A stretch of 64,000 bases of DNA from Sphagnum compactum. Lineage: Eukaryota. The stretch's first letter is position 1. The number at the start of each line of letters is the position of its first letter. Shown piece after piece: positions 1-12,200 of the stretch. Below the pieces are notes generated by a model that made no database searches, was not told the origin of the DNA, and saw only the letters and a list, made by a program, of their open reading frames with translations. Both the position numbers and the translations under genes were made by a program. Where the stretch lies: assembly GCA_965153455.1 (NCBI GenBank), contig OZ234493.1, positions 24,728,213 through 24,792,212 of the forward strand, written 5' to 3'.

Positions 1-157
1 GAGGTTCTAGTCTAATTTCTTCCCTTCCGATCGCTGAATCTTTGAGGAGGCGTCGTTGCAGTAGTGAGATTTCCTTCATAAGTGTAACTGTGATCTGTAG
101 TAGACTCGCACGGAATTGTTTGAGTAAATTGTGGAGGCCCCCTGTTTTTGCCGCGAG

Positions 158-2514
158 ATGGCAGACCTACCTTCGGATCAGCTACCTTCTGTTTTTGCCG
201 AAGCTGATCAGAAGGTAGCTGATATCCCTGTTGCAGCAGAAGAACCGTCCACCGCCGTCGAAGCTGATACTGGAGGTAAGTTTGTAGCTTGTTGGGACTA
301 GAACACATTGGTTCTCCCTCTTCCAAGCGAAGAGTTCTGGAATATAAGCTGTAGTACCCCTCTGTCTGTCTGTAGAGAGTACACAAACTTTCAGCATGGC
401 ATCCCCACTGGGAAGTACCTACATATCAAAAGAGAAGATGATGACCTGGTATCTTCTTGTGCAGTGCATGCATGTCCTGTTGAAATATGTGCAGGATGGA
501 TTTCTTTCTGTTGGCTAAGTTGTGTGTACCTGACTGGCCAGCCAACCAGATGCAAAGTATGTAACATGGTGATGATGATGCCTTCACGCCTTTTTTTGCA
601 GGGGAGGTCACAACTCCTCAGGCCGAGGACACTACTGTACCGGAGCCAGCTGCACCCACTGCATCTGAGGAAACTGTAACACCTCCGGCAGCTGCAGAGG
701 GGGAGACCAAGGATCTTGCTGTGGAGAGTAAGGAGGAAACATCGGCAGCAGGTCAGTAAGTAGCAAAGATTAAAGGGACCAAATAAGAAAACTCATACAT
801 GATTCACTGTGTCTTCCATCCCCTACATAGTTGTTTTGTTCTATTATTGACACTGAACTAGTTACTTATGGATTTGTGATGAGTTCTGAATGTCAGCAGC
901 ATTAGAAACTTTGGTTTTGCAGTTCTCTATCAGCATGAACCTTGATAAACAAGACATCTGCTCTTTACTGTGTTGCCCTGAACTTCTTGTTTCAGGTTTT
1001 TGTTAAACATGATGATCTTGGTGGAATCTGGCATCTTGTTCACTCCCAAGTTTTGATTTGTTGCACATAATTTCTTAGTGGGTCTTAACAGCATTAGAAT
1101 TAAAAGGTTGACACTAGGGAGGAGAGCTAAGTGCTGGTTGGTTGCACAGGTTTTTTTTCCTTACATTTAGAAACTATACCAGGCCATGGCTGCTGTGTGT
1201 TTTCTCTCAAGAGATTCATTTTGCTGTTATGAGCTGATGTTGTCGCTGACATGTTTTTAGCTTTTACAGTGAATTTTTGAATGGATTTGACTAAGTGACT
1301 GTTGAATTGATCAACAGCAAGTGCTACTGAGGCTGCTCCAGAGCCTGAGAACAAGATTGCAGAGACCTCCAGTCCCAATCTTTTCCAGAAGCTGAAAGGG
1401 AGGTTCTTGCATGGGGAGAAAGCAAAGGGAAAGGAAACTCCAGTTAAGGAAGAACCTGAGTCAATTGCTGTGGAGCCAACATCTGTCTCAGAGGCAAAGC
1501 CAGAGCTGAAGGAAAGCAAACCTGGTTTCCTCTCCAAGGTCCGGAAGCTGTCAATCTGGAAGAATACCGAAACAAAATCTACTGAGCCTGCAGCAGCACC
1601 AGTGGAAGAAGAAGCTCCAAAAGCACCAGAAAGTGTGGAATCTTCCACTCCCCCAACTGAGGTATGCAGGAAGTGGTCAGTTTCTCAAGTACAGCTAGGT
1701 TTCAATTTTCCATGATTACAAATTGTACATTTACAGCCTGTTGTGTGTATTTCAAAAGGGATTCTAGGTCTACATACTTCTTTGCTTGAGTCCTGTTTTT
1801 GTCTGGAAGGTTCTACAACAAGTTGCTCTAATATGCTCTCTGTTGCATTCCTTCCAAAAGTTGGGACCTCCTTAGCTTAGAATAGCACACCTCAGGAAGA
1901 CCTACTTGATCCTCTGTTCAAGTTACACTATTTCCACACTGTAATAGCTTCTCTGAATATCTCCATACATGTGCTGATGCATTTTGCTCAACCCCATGTT
2001 GCAGGAACTGAGCACAGAACCAGTCGTCACAGAACCAGTTAGCACTGAAGAACCTACAGCTGAACCCCCCATCAAAGAACCAGTCAGTTCTGAAGCTGCT
2101 TCTGTGGAGGTGACACCTCCAGAGGAGAAAGCCACAGAACCTGTTGAGGAAGCTGCAACTGAGCCAGCTCCCACAAAGCCAGCACATAAATCACCCACAT
2201 TATTCCAGAAATTTGTGAGGAGAATCATGAATAAGAAGTTTAGTGTATCAGCACCTGCCTCAACACCTGCTACAGAAGCCAACCCAGCACCTGCTGCCGA
2301 ACCTGCCACAGAAGCTACCTCTGAACCTGCCAAAGAGACTGCCTCCACACCCGCTGAAGAGCCAGCTGCTGCACCTGCTGAAGAGACTACTGCTGCACCT
2401 GCTGAAGAGACTGTTGCTGCACCTCCTGCTGAAGAAACCTCCGCACCTACCAAAGAACCTGCCTCAGCACCTGTCTTAGAACCTGCTGTAGAACCTCTCA
2501 CTGCCAGCACCTGA
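158..2514 (+). CDS. Acidic Ala/Glu/Pro/Thr-rich intrinsically disordered protein (~373 aa), 4 coding exons: 158-275, 602-751, 1318-1661, 2005-2514
   Basis: ATG at 158; GT-AG introns with consistent phases (1,1,0); the joined frame is open to TGA at 2512-2514; uniform low-complexity composition (EEPAAAPAEET-type repeats) across all exons. Confidence 0.85.
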
Positions 2515-4479
2515 AAGAGGTTTGTTGTATCCAGCATTACTAATGTAGATTGTGTATCATAGGTATTCTACCTACATGTCCAGCACCCCTACCTAGACTG
2601 TCATTTCATTTGGGTGATGTTCTCATGTCGGTCATAAATTGAGGGAATCCCCTCCATTATTTACCAAGCTAGCCCGTTTTTGCCCAGATTTAACACCAAG
2701 ACTGAAAAGCTGCTTGTTAGGTTTTTAAAGTTTCAATAAGCAGTACATGTAAGTGCTGTTCCATGACTGTCAGTGCAATTTTTGTAGCAATAATTTTTTT
2801 CTTCTTGTCAAATGGCTCTATGATTGATCAGCTCTCAATGGTTTGATCTGTGTATGTGTATGTGTGTATCTCTCTCTCTGAGTTCTAGTCCAAACAAGAG
2901 TAAGATGCTTGCTTCTTCATTTTCCATCTTGTGGCCTAACCTGTTAAAGTGGTTGTTTTCAGATACAATGTTCTGGTGAGAGTACCTATGGAAATGCGAG
3001 GAGAACCTGATCCTCAGACTGAATCTGTCATTTCACAAATGAACCGGTTTTCAGCAGATTTGGATGACTGCTCCCTGCTCTCAGGCCTTGCAGCAGTTGT
3101 TGGTTGTTAAAGGCAAGGTAACAGGAGCCAGGTGAAGTCAATAATAAAGTAGGAATGTGCACAACTATGGTCTATTTGCAATCAATTGAGACCATTTGAT
3201 CACAGTTTTGCTCACAACAAATTAGATGGTTGTTTTCTCACATCATATCTGTGAGCCTTATAAACATCGCACTGCTTCAGGAGGGCAAAGTCAAAGCATG
3301 GTGCATTCATCCCTCAATTATTTCTACTCCTCTTTGGAGTTCCCTTTGTTTTTGTCAGAGGTAGAGGGCAGCCAAGTTTTTGGGGCTATTGAAAATTGTG
3401 ATTCAAAGTATCTACAGTGTTATGCTCTTGGGGGACTGGCAATTGTGCTTCTTTAGTGATGAGTCCCACCTATTCTTAGTCTGGACGCCATTTGTAATGG
3501 AAAATTGCTATGTATTTGTAGTCAATTTCTCAGATTCCACATTCTTCTCATTTCAGCATGGCCTCGATGAATCCCTTCAATTTTTTTACACAAATTTATT
3601 ACTGGGTCAATTCATTTGACAGGTACTTATGGAAGATCGGCAAACATGATGACATTGAAGTTATTCACCACATAACTTTTTGCTTTGGAGTTCTGTGTAG
3701 AGATTCTTGGATCCTTACTAAACGCATTTGGCTACTAAACCTTGTCCAGAATGAATATTTTGAGACCTGGATATTTGCGAAGAACACTAACTAGAATTTT
3801 CACAAAAGTCATATATTTAAGTATCTAAATCTGGGAAGAAATTTGAGTAATGGAAATCCACATTGCTTCACAAGCACAATATTCTCAAATTTGGTATTGT
3901 TGGGTTTTTCTGCACTAAAGCATTGGCCTGCTCAATGAATCAGGAGCTTCTTGAGCAGACTAAAAGATGTTGCATCAGCAACAGGCAGATCTTAAACTTG
4001 TACCGAAACCCCTCACATGATTCATTTGGCCAGATGTGAAGGAACCACTGCTTGGTATCCCAGTTACACCAGTATGAAGAATCAAGGAGGATCAGCCAAA
4101 ACTTCTTGCAACTCTGCCCTCTTGAATTTCCAAGGCGAAACATGATCATCTATCCTGAGCCTATAACAAATGTTATAATGATTTACAGTTCTTGTACAAT
4201 CGTGTCTCCAATGAGATCTGGTAAGAAGAATCGAATCCATCATCATCATCCAACAAGCAATTTGGGGGTTGAATTCTCTAAAATAAAAAAGAAAGTGTCC
4301 AAAAGAGATGTACTGCAAAATTTGGAAACAATTTGACCAAAAATTGATCAGCATGATGGAGTATGATCTCCATTTAAACTCTAAGAGTCCACAAGGACCG
4401 AGCATAGCAAGAATAGATCAACAAAAATGCCCTTCATTTGCTACAGCATTGACAAGATCTCTGTGGTTCTGTGTCCAAA

Positions 4480-5976
4480 TCACTTTGCCACAGCCCCAAC
4501 ATTTGCCTTGTTGTTAACATACTTCTTGGCAATTTTGAACCACTCTGTATGATAAGAGCCTGGCATATCAATTCGCTCATATGTGTGAGCTCCAAAGTAA
4601 TCACGCTGGGCTTGCACAAGATTGGCAGGAAGTCGTGCCCGTCTGTATGTGTCAAAGTAAGCAAGACTTGCACTCATACCTGGAGTACTCACTCCAACCT
4701 CAATTGCCAAGCTCACAATGCGTCTCCATGCACCTTGCCTCTCCACCATCTCTTTTGCAAACTCAGGATCAATGAGGAGGCTGGCCAGTTTGGGATTGCG
4801 GTCATATGCCTGCTTGATCCTGTCCAGAAACTTGGCCCGGATTATGCATCCTCCTTTCCAGATTCGTGCAAGCTCTCCCAAATTCAGGTTCCATCCCTTC
4901 TCCAGACTTTTGGCTCGTATGAGATTCATACCTTGTGCATAGCTGCAAATCTTGGCCGCATACAGAGCCTTTCGGACATCATCAATCAGAGCTTTCTTGT
5001 CTAGGTTCTTGACTGCCAAGATGTCTCCTACCCCAGCCTCCTTGAAAATTCTGGCAGCTTCCAAGCGCTCTTCCTTCAACCCAGATAGGAAGCGGGAGTC
5101 CAGGGAAGCTGCAATGGTGGGTGCTGCGATGGAGAGTTCAGCAGCTTGCTGCACAGTCCACTTGCCTGTACCTTTCATCCCTGTCTTATCCAGTATCTTG
5201 TCAACTAGGAAGCCATCACCCTTGTCATCCTTCACAGAGAAAATATCAGCCGTGATCTCCACCAAGAAACTCTCAAGCTCCCCCTCATTCCACTCTGTGA
5301 ATGCCTCATGCAATTCCTCGTTTGTGAGACCACCAACAGATTTCAAAACATCGTACGCCTCGGAGATGAGCTGCATGTCGCCATACTCAATACCATTGTG
5401 CACCATCTTGACAAAGTTCCCAGCCCCTCCTTCTCCAACGTATGTCACGCATGGACCGTCATCCACTTGAGCTGCAACTTTCTTCACCACGTCCTCTATG
5501 TAGTAATAAGCTTCAGGAGTACCTCCAGGCATCAACGAAGGTCCATTTCGAGCTCCCTCCTCTCCTCCAGATACTCCCATTCCCAGATACAGCAGTCCTT
5601 TCTCCTTCACAGCAGCAGCACGTCTCTCGGTATTCTCGTACCACTCATTACCTCCATCGATGATACAATCACCCGGCTCCAAATGCTTCGACAAAGTCTC
5701 GATGGTCTGGTCCACAGGAGCACCAGCCTTGACCAGGATAATCACAGAGCGAGGTTTCTGTATCGACTGCACAAACTCCTGTGGGCTGTAGTATCCCTTC
5801 AGGGGCAGATCCCCTTCCTCCTTCGCTCTCTCCACGGTTTCATCCACCTTGCTTGACGTCCGGTTGTACACAGAGATCGGGAAACCCTTTTCTGCAATGT
5901 TGAGCGCTAGATTCTGCCCCATGACGGCCAAACCTGCTAAACCAATTCTCGACATCCCGACAGCAGCATCCGCCAT
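4480..5976 (-). CDS. PGD: 6-phosphogluconate dehydrogenase, decarboxylating (intronless CDS, 498 aa)
   Basis: RIGLAGLAVMGQNLALNIAEKGF Rossmann start, GVSGGEEGARNGPSLMPGG, KMVHNGIEYGDMQ, MKGTGKWT, QAQRDYFGAHTYER; start at MADAAVG (ATG 5976). Confidence 0.98.
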   Translation of the reverse strand: MADAAVGMSRIGLAGLAVMGQNLALNIAEKGFPISVYNRTSSKVDETVERAKEEGDLPLKGYYSPQEFVQSIQKPRSVIILVKAGAPVDQTIETLSKHLEPGDCIIDGGNEWYENTERRAAAVKEKGLLYLGMGVSGGEEGARNGPSLMPGGTPEAYYYIEDVVKKVAAQVDDGPCVTYVGEGGAGNFVKMVHNGIEYGDMQLISEAYDVLKSVGGLTNEELHEAFTEWNEGELESFLVEITADIFSVKDDKGDGFLVDKILDKTGMKGTGKWTVQQAAELSIAAPTIAASLDSRFLSGLKEERLEAARIFKEAGVGDILAVKNLDKKALIDDVRKALYAAKICSYAQGMNLIRAKSLEKGWNLNLGELARIWKGGCIIRAKFLDRIKQAYDRNPKLASLLIDPEFAKEMVERQGAWRRIVSLAIEVGVSTPGMSASLAYFDTYRRARLPANLVQAQRDYFGAHTYERIDMPGSYHTEWFKIAKKYVNNKANVGAVAK

Positions 5977-6649
5977 TATTGCTCCTCCTCCACTTCCTTC
6001 CTTACTTCCTTCCTTCCTTCCTCTTAACAGCACCCTCAACCCAACCCTAATACAAAACCCCACAATCCAAACACAAACAGGCAGGCCTTACGAGCAGTTC
6101 CTTCTCTCAACAATGCACTCCAAGCCCACCGAATCGCCAACAATGGTACCAGAAACAGGGGGAAAAAACTACATGCAAAATTGCATCGCCAAAATCGAAG
6201 GCTCTCAAATCCAGAAACAAGCAAGCTGCTCTCTTCAAGCAAGGTGCTCTTGTGATGAAGTGAAAGGGAATCCGACCCTCCAACAAGACACCACAAACGA
6301 GCAAACAAACAAACAAACAACTCTTTGCGCCGCGCCGCGCTCCCGCACTGTCACACTCTCGGCGTACGCATGGCTCGGATGAGGAATAGAAGCGGTGGAT
6401 GAAGAATGGTAGGTCAATGAATGACTTTCTTTGAGAGACTGTAGTAACATGTACCTGCCACCCAACGTGACCCAACACCCACCAGTCCGTCTGTCATCCA
6501 TTAGGAAAGAGCCCGAGAAGGGGAGGTCTGTCATCCATTAGAAATCCGTTACAAGTTATGACTCAGTTGTGGATGGATTCATCCACAACTCAGTTACCAA
6601 GGTTTCACCTTGGTAACCTATCTGGTAAACCCTCCAACTCCCCCACTCA

Positions 6650-6790
6650 TACTACTTAGGTAACTACTAACTACCTGTGTAAAGTGGGTAAGTATCATAG
6701 GTAAATAGGTAGGAAATATAGGTGGTTGCTATGTAAGTAGGTAGGTAAGTATAGGCAAGACACTTGGTGACTACTTAGATACATATGGAT
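6650..6790. repeat. Degenerate (GTAG/GGTA)n-like low-complexity tract
   Basis: Repeated aggtag/gtaagt/taggt words. Confidence 0.5.
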
Positions 6791-7449
6791 GGTTGGTATA
6801 TATCTAATCACCATGGTTAGTTATGGGACAGACCCCAATAGTAAAAATAATGTTTCATGTTCATTCATTATCCATCCGCATAGTTCATTCTAGTTCAATG
6901 TCCAGCACATAATTCCCCAAGTGGCTTCTGAAAAATTAGAAACAAGGGGGCTTGTTGTGTAATGTTTTTATCCTAAAGTTGCAATCACACCTGATGTGTT
7001 TTTTTGGCTCTTTTTTGGCTGCTGCTCCTTTGGCTTTGCATTTCAAAGGTGATTTGTAAAGCTTGAGAAGGTGCTCCTATACCATTTTAAATCACTCAAA
7101 ATGGAGAAGAATTGAGAAAGATCTGCCAAAGTGTTCAGTGAGAGGCTAGTGTTTGGTGATGGGCCAGTCTACCCTATTACGCTTGCTCCTTAAAATGGAA
7201 GGGATCTTACACCTGCTTTTAGGCCTTAATCCCTCCCACTCTCAAATAATACTAGTGTAGCATATGCTGTTGGCCCAAGTGTGAACACATTGAGGGTTCA
7301 ACTAATTTTTCCTCCTAAATTCAACTTTTGCAATTTGTTTGAATTTCCAACCACAAAATCCACTCAAAAATCAGAGCTTAGCTCTGAAATTTTTGAAATA
7401 AACTCTTTTAAATTTGATGGCTGAGGGGTTTCCAACAACATCAAGAATG

Positions 7450-7997
7450 GTTAAACCTAATGACTAAACTTAGTGACTTAAAATAATGGCTCAACATAAT
7501 GATTAAACTTAATGACTTAAAGTAACCATTAAACATAATGGCTAAACCTTGATTAAATTTTGTGATTAAATATAATGGATAAACGTAATGGCTAAACCTA
7601 GTTGATAAACCTAATGATTAAATTTCATGGCTAAACATGGTGGTTAAATTTAGTTGATAAATTTAATGACTAAATGTATTTCATGGTTAAACTTAGGTTA
7701 AACCTAGTGTCAAAATCTAGTGGCTAAACATAATGATTAAACTTTGGCTAAACATAATGTTTAAACTTCGGTTAAACCTAGTGGCTAAACACCATGGGTA
7801 AACTTAAGTTAAACCTAATTAGTAATTTTAGTGGTTAAACATAGTGATTAAACCTAGGCTGTACCTATTGGCTATACTTAGTGGTTAAATTTAAGCTATA
7901 CCTATTGGTGAAATTTAATGGTTCAAGTTTCAAGTTATGCTAAACCTAGTGCCAAATTTAGTGGCTAAACATAATGGTTACACCTAGTGGTTAAAAT
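7450..7997. repeat. Degenerate ~14-15 bp minisatellite (TAAACCTAGTGGT / TAAACATAATGGC-like)
   Basis: Dozens of imperfect tandem copies visible in the sequence. Confidence 0.8.
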
Positions 7998-8195
7998 TAA
8001 GTAAGTAAGTGGGTGGATAGGGAAGTAAATAATATGTAAGTAGGTGGTAGGCATGTAGGTAGGTAGGTGAGAAGGTATAGGTAGATAGGTAGGTAGGTAA
8101 GTAAATAATAGGTGGGTGAGTGGGTGGGTAATAGGTAAGTAAATAACTAACTAAATAAATAGGTGGGTGAATAGGTTGGAGGTAGATACACAAGG
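7998..8195. repeat. Degenerate (GTAG/GGGT/AAGT)n tetranucleotide tract
   Basis: aggtaggtaggt, gggtgggt and aagtaagt runs. Confidence 0.75.
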
Positions 8196-8211
8196 TAATT
8201 GGACATGTACA

Positions 8212-8555
8212 TTTTGACTAAAGATCATTGGCCAACACTAGTAGAAAAACCCCATTTTTTTACTTGTCTTAGGCGATTAAAAGTGTCTTTTGCGATTATT
8301 TTTTATCAAAAAATAGTCGCAAAAGACACTTTTAGTCACCTAAGACAAGTCGAAAAATGGGGTTTTTCTACTAGTGCAATTCAACTAAATGTTCAAATTG
8401 ATTAAAGACCATTGGTCATGTTTACTAAAGATCATTGGCCATTTTGACTAAAGATCATTGGCCATTTTGACTAAATGTTCAACTTGACTAAAGATCATTG
8501 ACCATTTTGACTAAATGTTCAACTTGACTAAAGACCATTGGCCATTTTGACTAAG
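8212..8555. repeat. Minisatellite of TTTTGACTAAAGATCATTGGCCA / TTGACTAAATGTTCAAC units, interrupted by a CACTA mini-element
   Basis: Multiple near-identical units on both sides of the 8236-8376 insertion. Confidence 0.85.
8236..8376. mobile_element. Non-autonomous CACTA (En/Spm) foldback mini-element, 141 bp, 3-bp TSD CAA
   Basis: Starts CACTAGTAGAAAAA, ends TTTTTCTACTAGTG; ~69-bp arms with 5 mismatches around a 3-nt centre; CAA at 8233-8235 and 8377-8379. Confidence 0.92.
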
Positions 8556-8809
8556 GTCGTATAACTTGACTATGTGTATCTAATCAAATAAATTATTATA
8601 ATCAAGTTGATCAGTCAATAAGTACATGTGTCATTCAAGCCCTTGGCCTTTAATTAAAATGTACATGTCCATTAGTCAAAATGACAAGTTAGTCAATTTG
8701 AACCTCTTAAAAAATCATGAATTGTAGCAGTGCATTTAACATTTGAAAGTGATTGTCGATGCTAGTTTCTCCCAGTGCTAACTCCTCCTTTTCTTTTTGT
8801 AGTGGCTCA

Positions 8810-9290
8810 TATGGAGTTTTTCTTATCTCCCCTAAGACCTCTACTTCAATTACAACAGTTAAAAGCTCATCCATATCCTAATATGTTATTACCATAAGTA
8901 ACTTCTTCAATCATGCCTTCGTTTAGCTAGAAATTACCTTCACATTTTTACATTAAGAATGTAACCTTTGACAAATCATTTTTCCAACCTGTCATAATAT
9001 AGTTGAACCCTTTATCTTGGTTCTTAACGCATCGCATCCATCTTCAATCTCAATTCATCCTCGTCATAAATCCCATACTTATGGTTAAGTAATGCTTGTA
9101 ATGCTACCCAATCATACGGAATAAGATCAAGTCAACGGTACCAATCCCAAGCCTTTCCTCTCAAGTTGAGTTTCGCATTCTTGAATAATTTTTCTTCATC
9201 CAATTCTTGGACCTCTTTTATCATTTATAGTTTTTCTGTCCAATTAAACACATCCTCCATGTTTTTGCCCCAAAAGAGCTCATCCATCCT
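8810..9290 (-). pseudogene. Decayed Ty3/gypsy-type gag fragment
   Basis: Minus-strand translation GKNMEDVFNWTEKL*..EEKLFKNAKLNLRGKAWDWYR*LD..DWVALQALLNHKYG..MR*EPR*RVQLYYDRLEK has the retrotransposon-gag pattern (LxGxAxxWY..W..L; QxxxxxVxxYxxR) with several stops. Confidence 0.65.
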
Positions 9291-12200
9291 TTTTGGACTA
9301 ATCATCTTGTTTTATGAAAACTTGAATACTCACAAAGTTAGTAGGCTTTATTCTTCTAATTTTAACTCATCTTCCTTTTTTCCAAACGTAATAGATTGAA
9401 GCCTATTGCTTCCTATCTTTATGTTTTAATTTAATTCATTTCTACTAGCATATCTCTAATTTGATATATCGTAAATATCAACACAAATAATTCAACAGAG
9501 CATATGAGACTCCCCTCTAGTATAGGCAATCTTCAAAATGTGGTTCGCTTCCTTAATCCTCCTATCTAATTCAAGCCTATAAAATTATGCACAACAAGTT
9601 CTTATGCCAATATCTATGGGTACCCACGCATCCCCTAATTTTGGTAATATGTAGTTGCAAATTAAGGTGGCTCAAAAACGACAAGAGTCTTAATCTCAAA
9701 AGTTCATATTTTAACATTAGAAAGGAAAAAATAGTTAAAAACCAATTTTGAATGGGTCTTATGTGGATTAATCAACTAATAAAGTCCATGTGAAAGGCTA
9801 CCCATCTAAACAATTCTTTGACATACATGTTAGGGCGAAAAAAATATCTATCCAACAAAAAATGACCAAAATAGGGACCAAGGAAAGTAAGGTCCAAATT
9901 TGGTCATTCAAAAATCCATAGTTATTTGTTAGTTAAATTTTTTGTTGTAATTTTTTTTCAATCCATATTTGTTTTTCCATCATGTTCGTTCATGACTCAT
10001 AGTAGGCACCATCAAATGACTTGAAATGAAGAGGATGTTTATGTGAAGAAATCAACTTAACTTCCTTCCACTATACGATTTATAATGTTACATGTTTGAA
10101 GAAAATATGCATGTTCATTAGAACTTTCAAATTGCCATTTAAACTTTTGGTCCAATTTATGACACAATTTATAGCTTATAAGTTGGGATAAACTTCCGTT
10201 AACCTCCACTTTTAAGATTTTGTCTCCTACTTGCAACATATGTTCAATTCCCGGTATGAAAAACCGAATGAAATGGTTTGGAGATGAAAATGAGCTTGGT
10301 ATCTAGATGTCACCTACTCTTGGAACTGGTTCTTCCTCCTCAAAAATAGAAGCAAAAGCATTAGGATTTGTAGGAAGTAAAAAAGAACATGCACTAAAAT
10401 TGTGCGACAATTTTCCACCCTCCAACTCCATCATGAACCTTGCTCCATACCTAGGCACAAGTTCCCAAAGCCGATGTGGTTGATCTTCATGACCAAATCT
10501 CTAATTTGTGCCTATCTAGGGTCAATACAAATAATGTCACCACCCCAAACCCACATATTCAAAGTATTAGAGCTCCCATAGTTGGAAATTGATTGAGCCT
10601 TTGTCTATTAAATCTACGAGTTATTTGTTGCTCAAAAATCTCTTGAGTGGTTAGTTCCTGCATAAATCCACTATTGCTAGACCTTGATATCTTGCAGTCA
10701 TGGCTCTGCTTTAAAATTGAATAAAAATAAATAAACTTTACTGACTAGAATTGATCTAATACCAAAAGAAAAGGCTACCTAATGTTGTTTTTGTCACTAA
10801 GAAAACAATGAAAAAATGTGAGTTTGAGAAATTTTTAATTAACAAAAAATGGCAAAACAAAGTTGAAGTCAATAATCCTTCAGTCTACCCTAATCAAATT
10901 GAGCCTTGGACCATGAGGAATCATGTTTCTCTAGCTCCACTCTCTTGAGCCCAACTAGTCTAGCATGGCAATTCCACCAACAACTCCTAGTCTTTTAGAA
11001 TGAAACCCACCCAAATATGACATATGACTTCAAGGAAGTTAGACAAAAAGGAAACAAGAACCCATATATCTCTTTAATAAAAAGACTTGATAAACCCACA
11101 ACTGTTTAGTCTCCCAATATTCCTCTTTAAAGCTCCCACATACATTGTGGGTATTCCTTCCATGAACACTAGAGCTTACTACATCCCAAAAAAATGACAA
11201 TACTCCCAACCACAAACTCAATTGCCATGTAAATTGATTTCGAAACCCTTCAAACCTTCATCATTTTCCCCATTTGGTCCTTACATTTGTCCATCTAGTC
11301 TATCTAAACTCTAAAAAAGGCATGGTGCAACAAAAAGAAAACATAGTCTTTAATCGGTAGTTTCAAATAGTGGTAAGGGCATTCATCCCTTACCACAACT
11401 TTTGACAAATTGCATTGCAAAACTCAAAACACTTAAACACACATATATCCTAGTCACATCCTTCTTTCCTTCTAAAATTCAAAAACTTTAGCTAGCAAAA
11501 AATTTAATCTCTCCAAATTGGAAGTTCCGCCTTATATTTTCCATCCACTGTTTTCCATTATGCATCTTGTCCAAAGACAACACAACACTCCAAGTTGATC
11601 AACGCCGAGCACCACACATTCCAAGAGAATTGCAAAATAACATTCATCACCTACAAACAACATAAGAAAAATAGAAAACACATAACAGAAAGATAGAAGC
11701 GCCCTCAAAGCTTCATGATGACCAATTGTCCATTGTTTTGGCACTTTCTACTAGTCCAAATCCACGCATCCTTTCATCCATTAGGTCATTGTATCATTCA
11801 AATGTTCATTTGGCCTAAGTTTACACTAAGAAACGCAGACACATTTTTTTGTCATATTTCCATATTCAACCATTGCCTCATTTTAATGGGCCTTTTATTT
11901 TAGAATGCCTTCACTCTAGGGGTTTAGTTTACACTAAATGGTTTGTGGGAGAAAAAAAACAATTCATTATAGAATATATCTACCCTAAGTGGTTTGTGAA
12001 CCCCAAATGATGTGTGATCAATTTTATGAGATCAAATATTGCTCAAACCATTCCCCTTTATGTTTTGTTCATTTTTTTTGTTGCAAAGTTTGAAATATTT
12101 TGTGCAAAATGTCTTCCTATGTTTGCATGTACTATCTTCAATTTGAATATTCACCTCATGTATGTGGTTTATTGATTCCGCACTTAACAAGTGCCATGTT

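Noticed and set aside
1127..2537. Minus-strand Ala/Gly/Ser/Val-rich ORFs
   Set aside because: Antisense shadows of the low-complexity plus-strand exons.
3800..4525. Alternative splicing from the AA|GTATGT site near the PGD C-terminus to create a PTS1
   Set aside because: The downstream acceptors I tried gave no PTS1-ending frame.
4471..6382. Long plus-strand ORFs overlapping PGD
   Set aside because: Antisense shadows of the PGD coding sequence with no independent homology.
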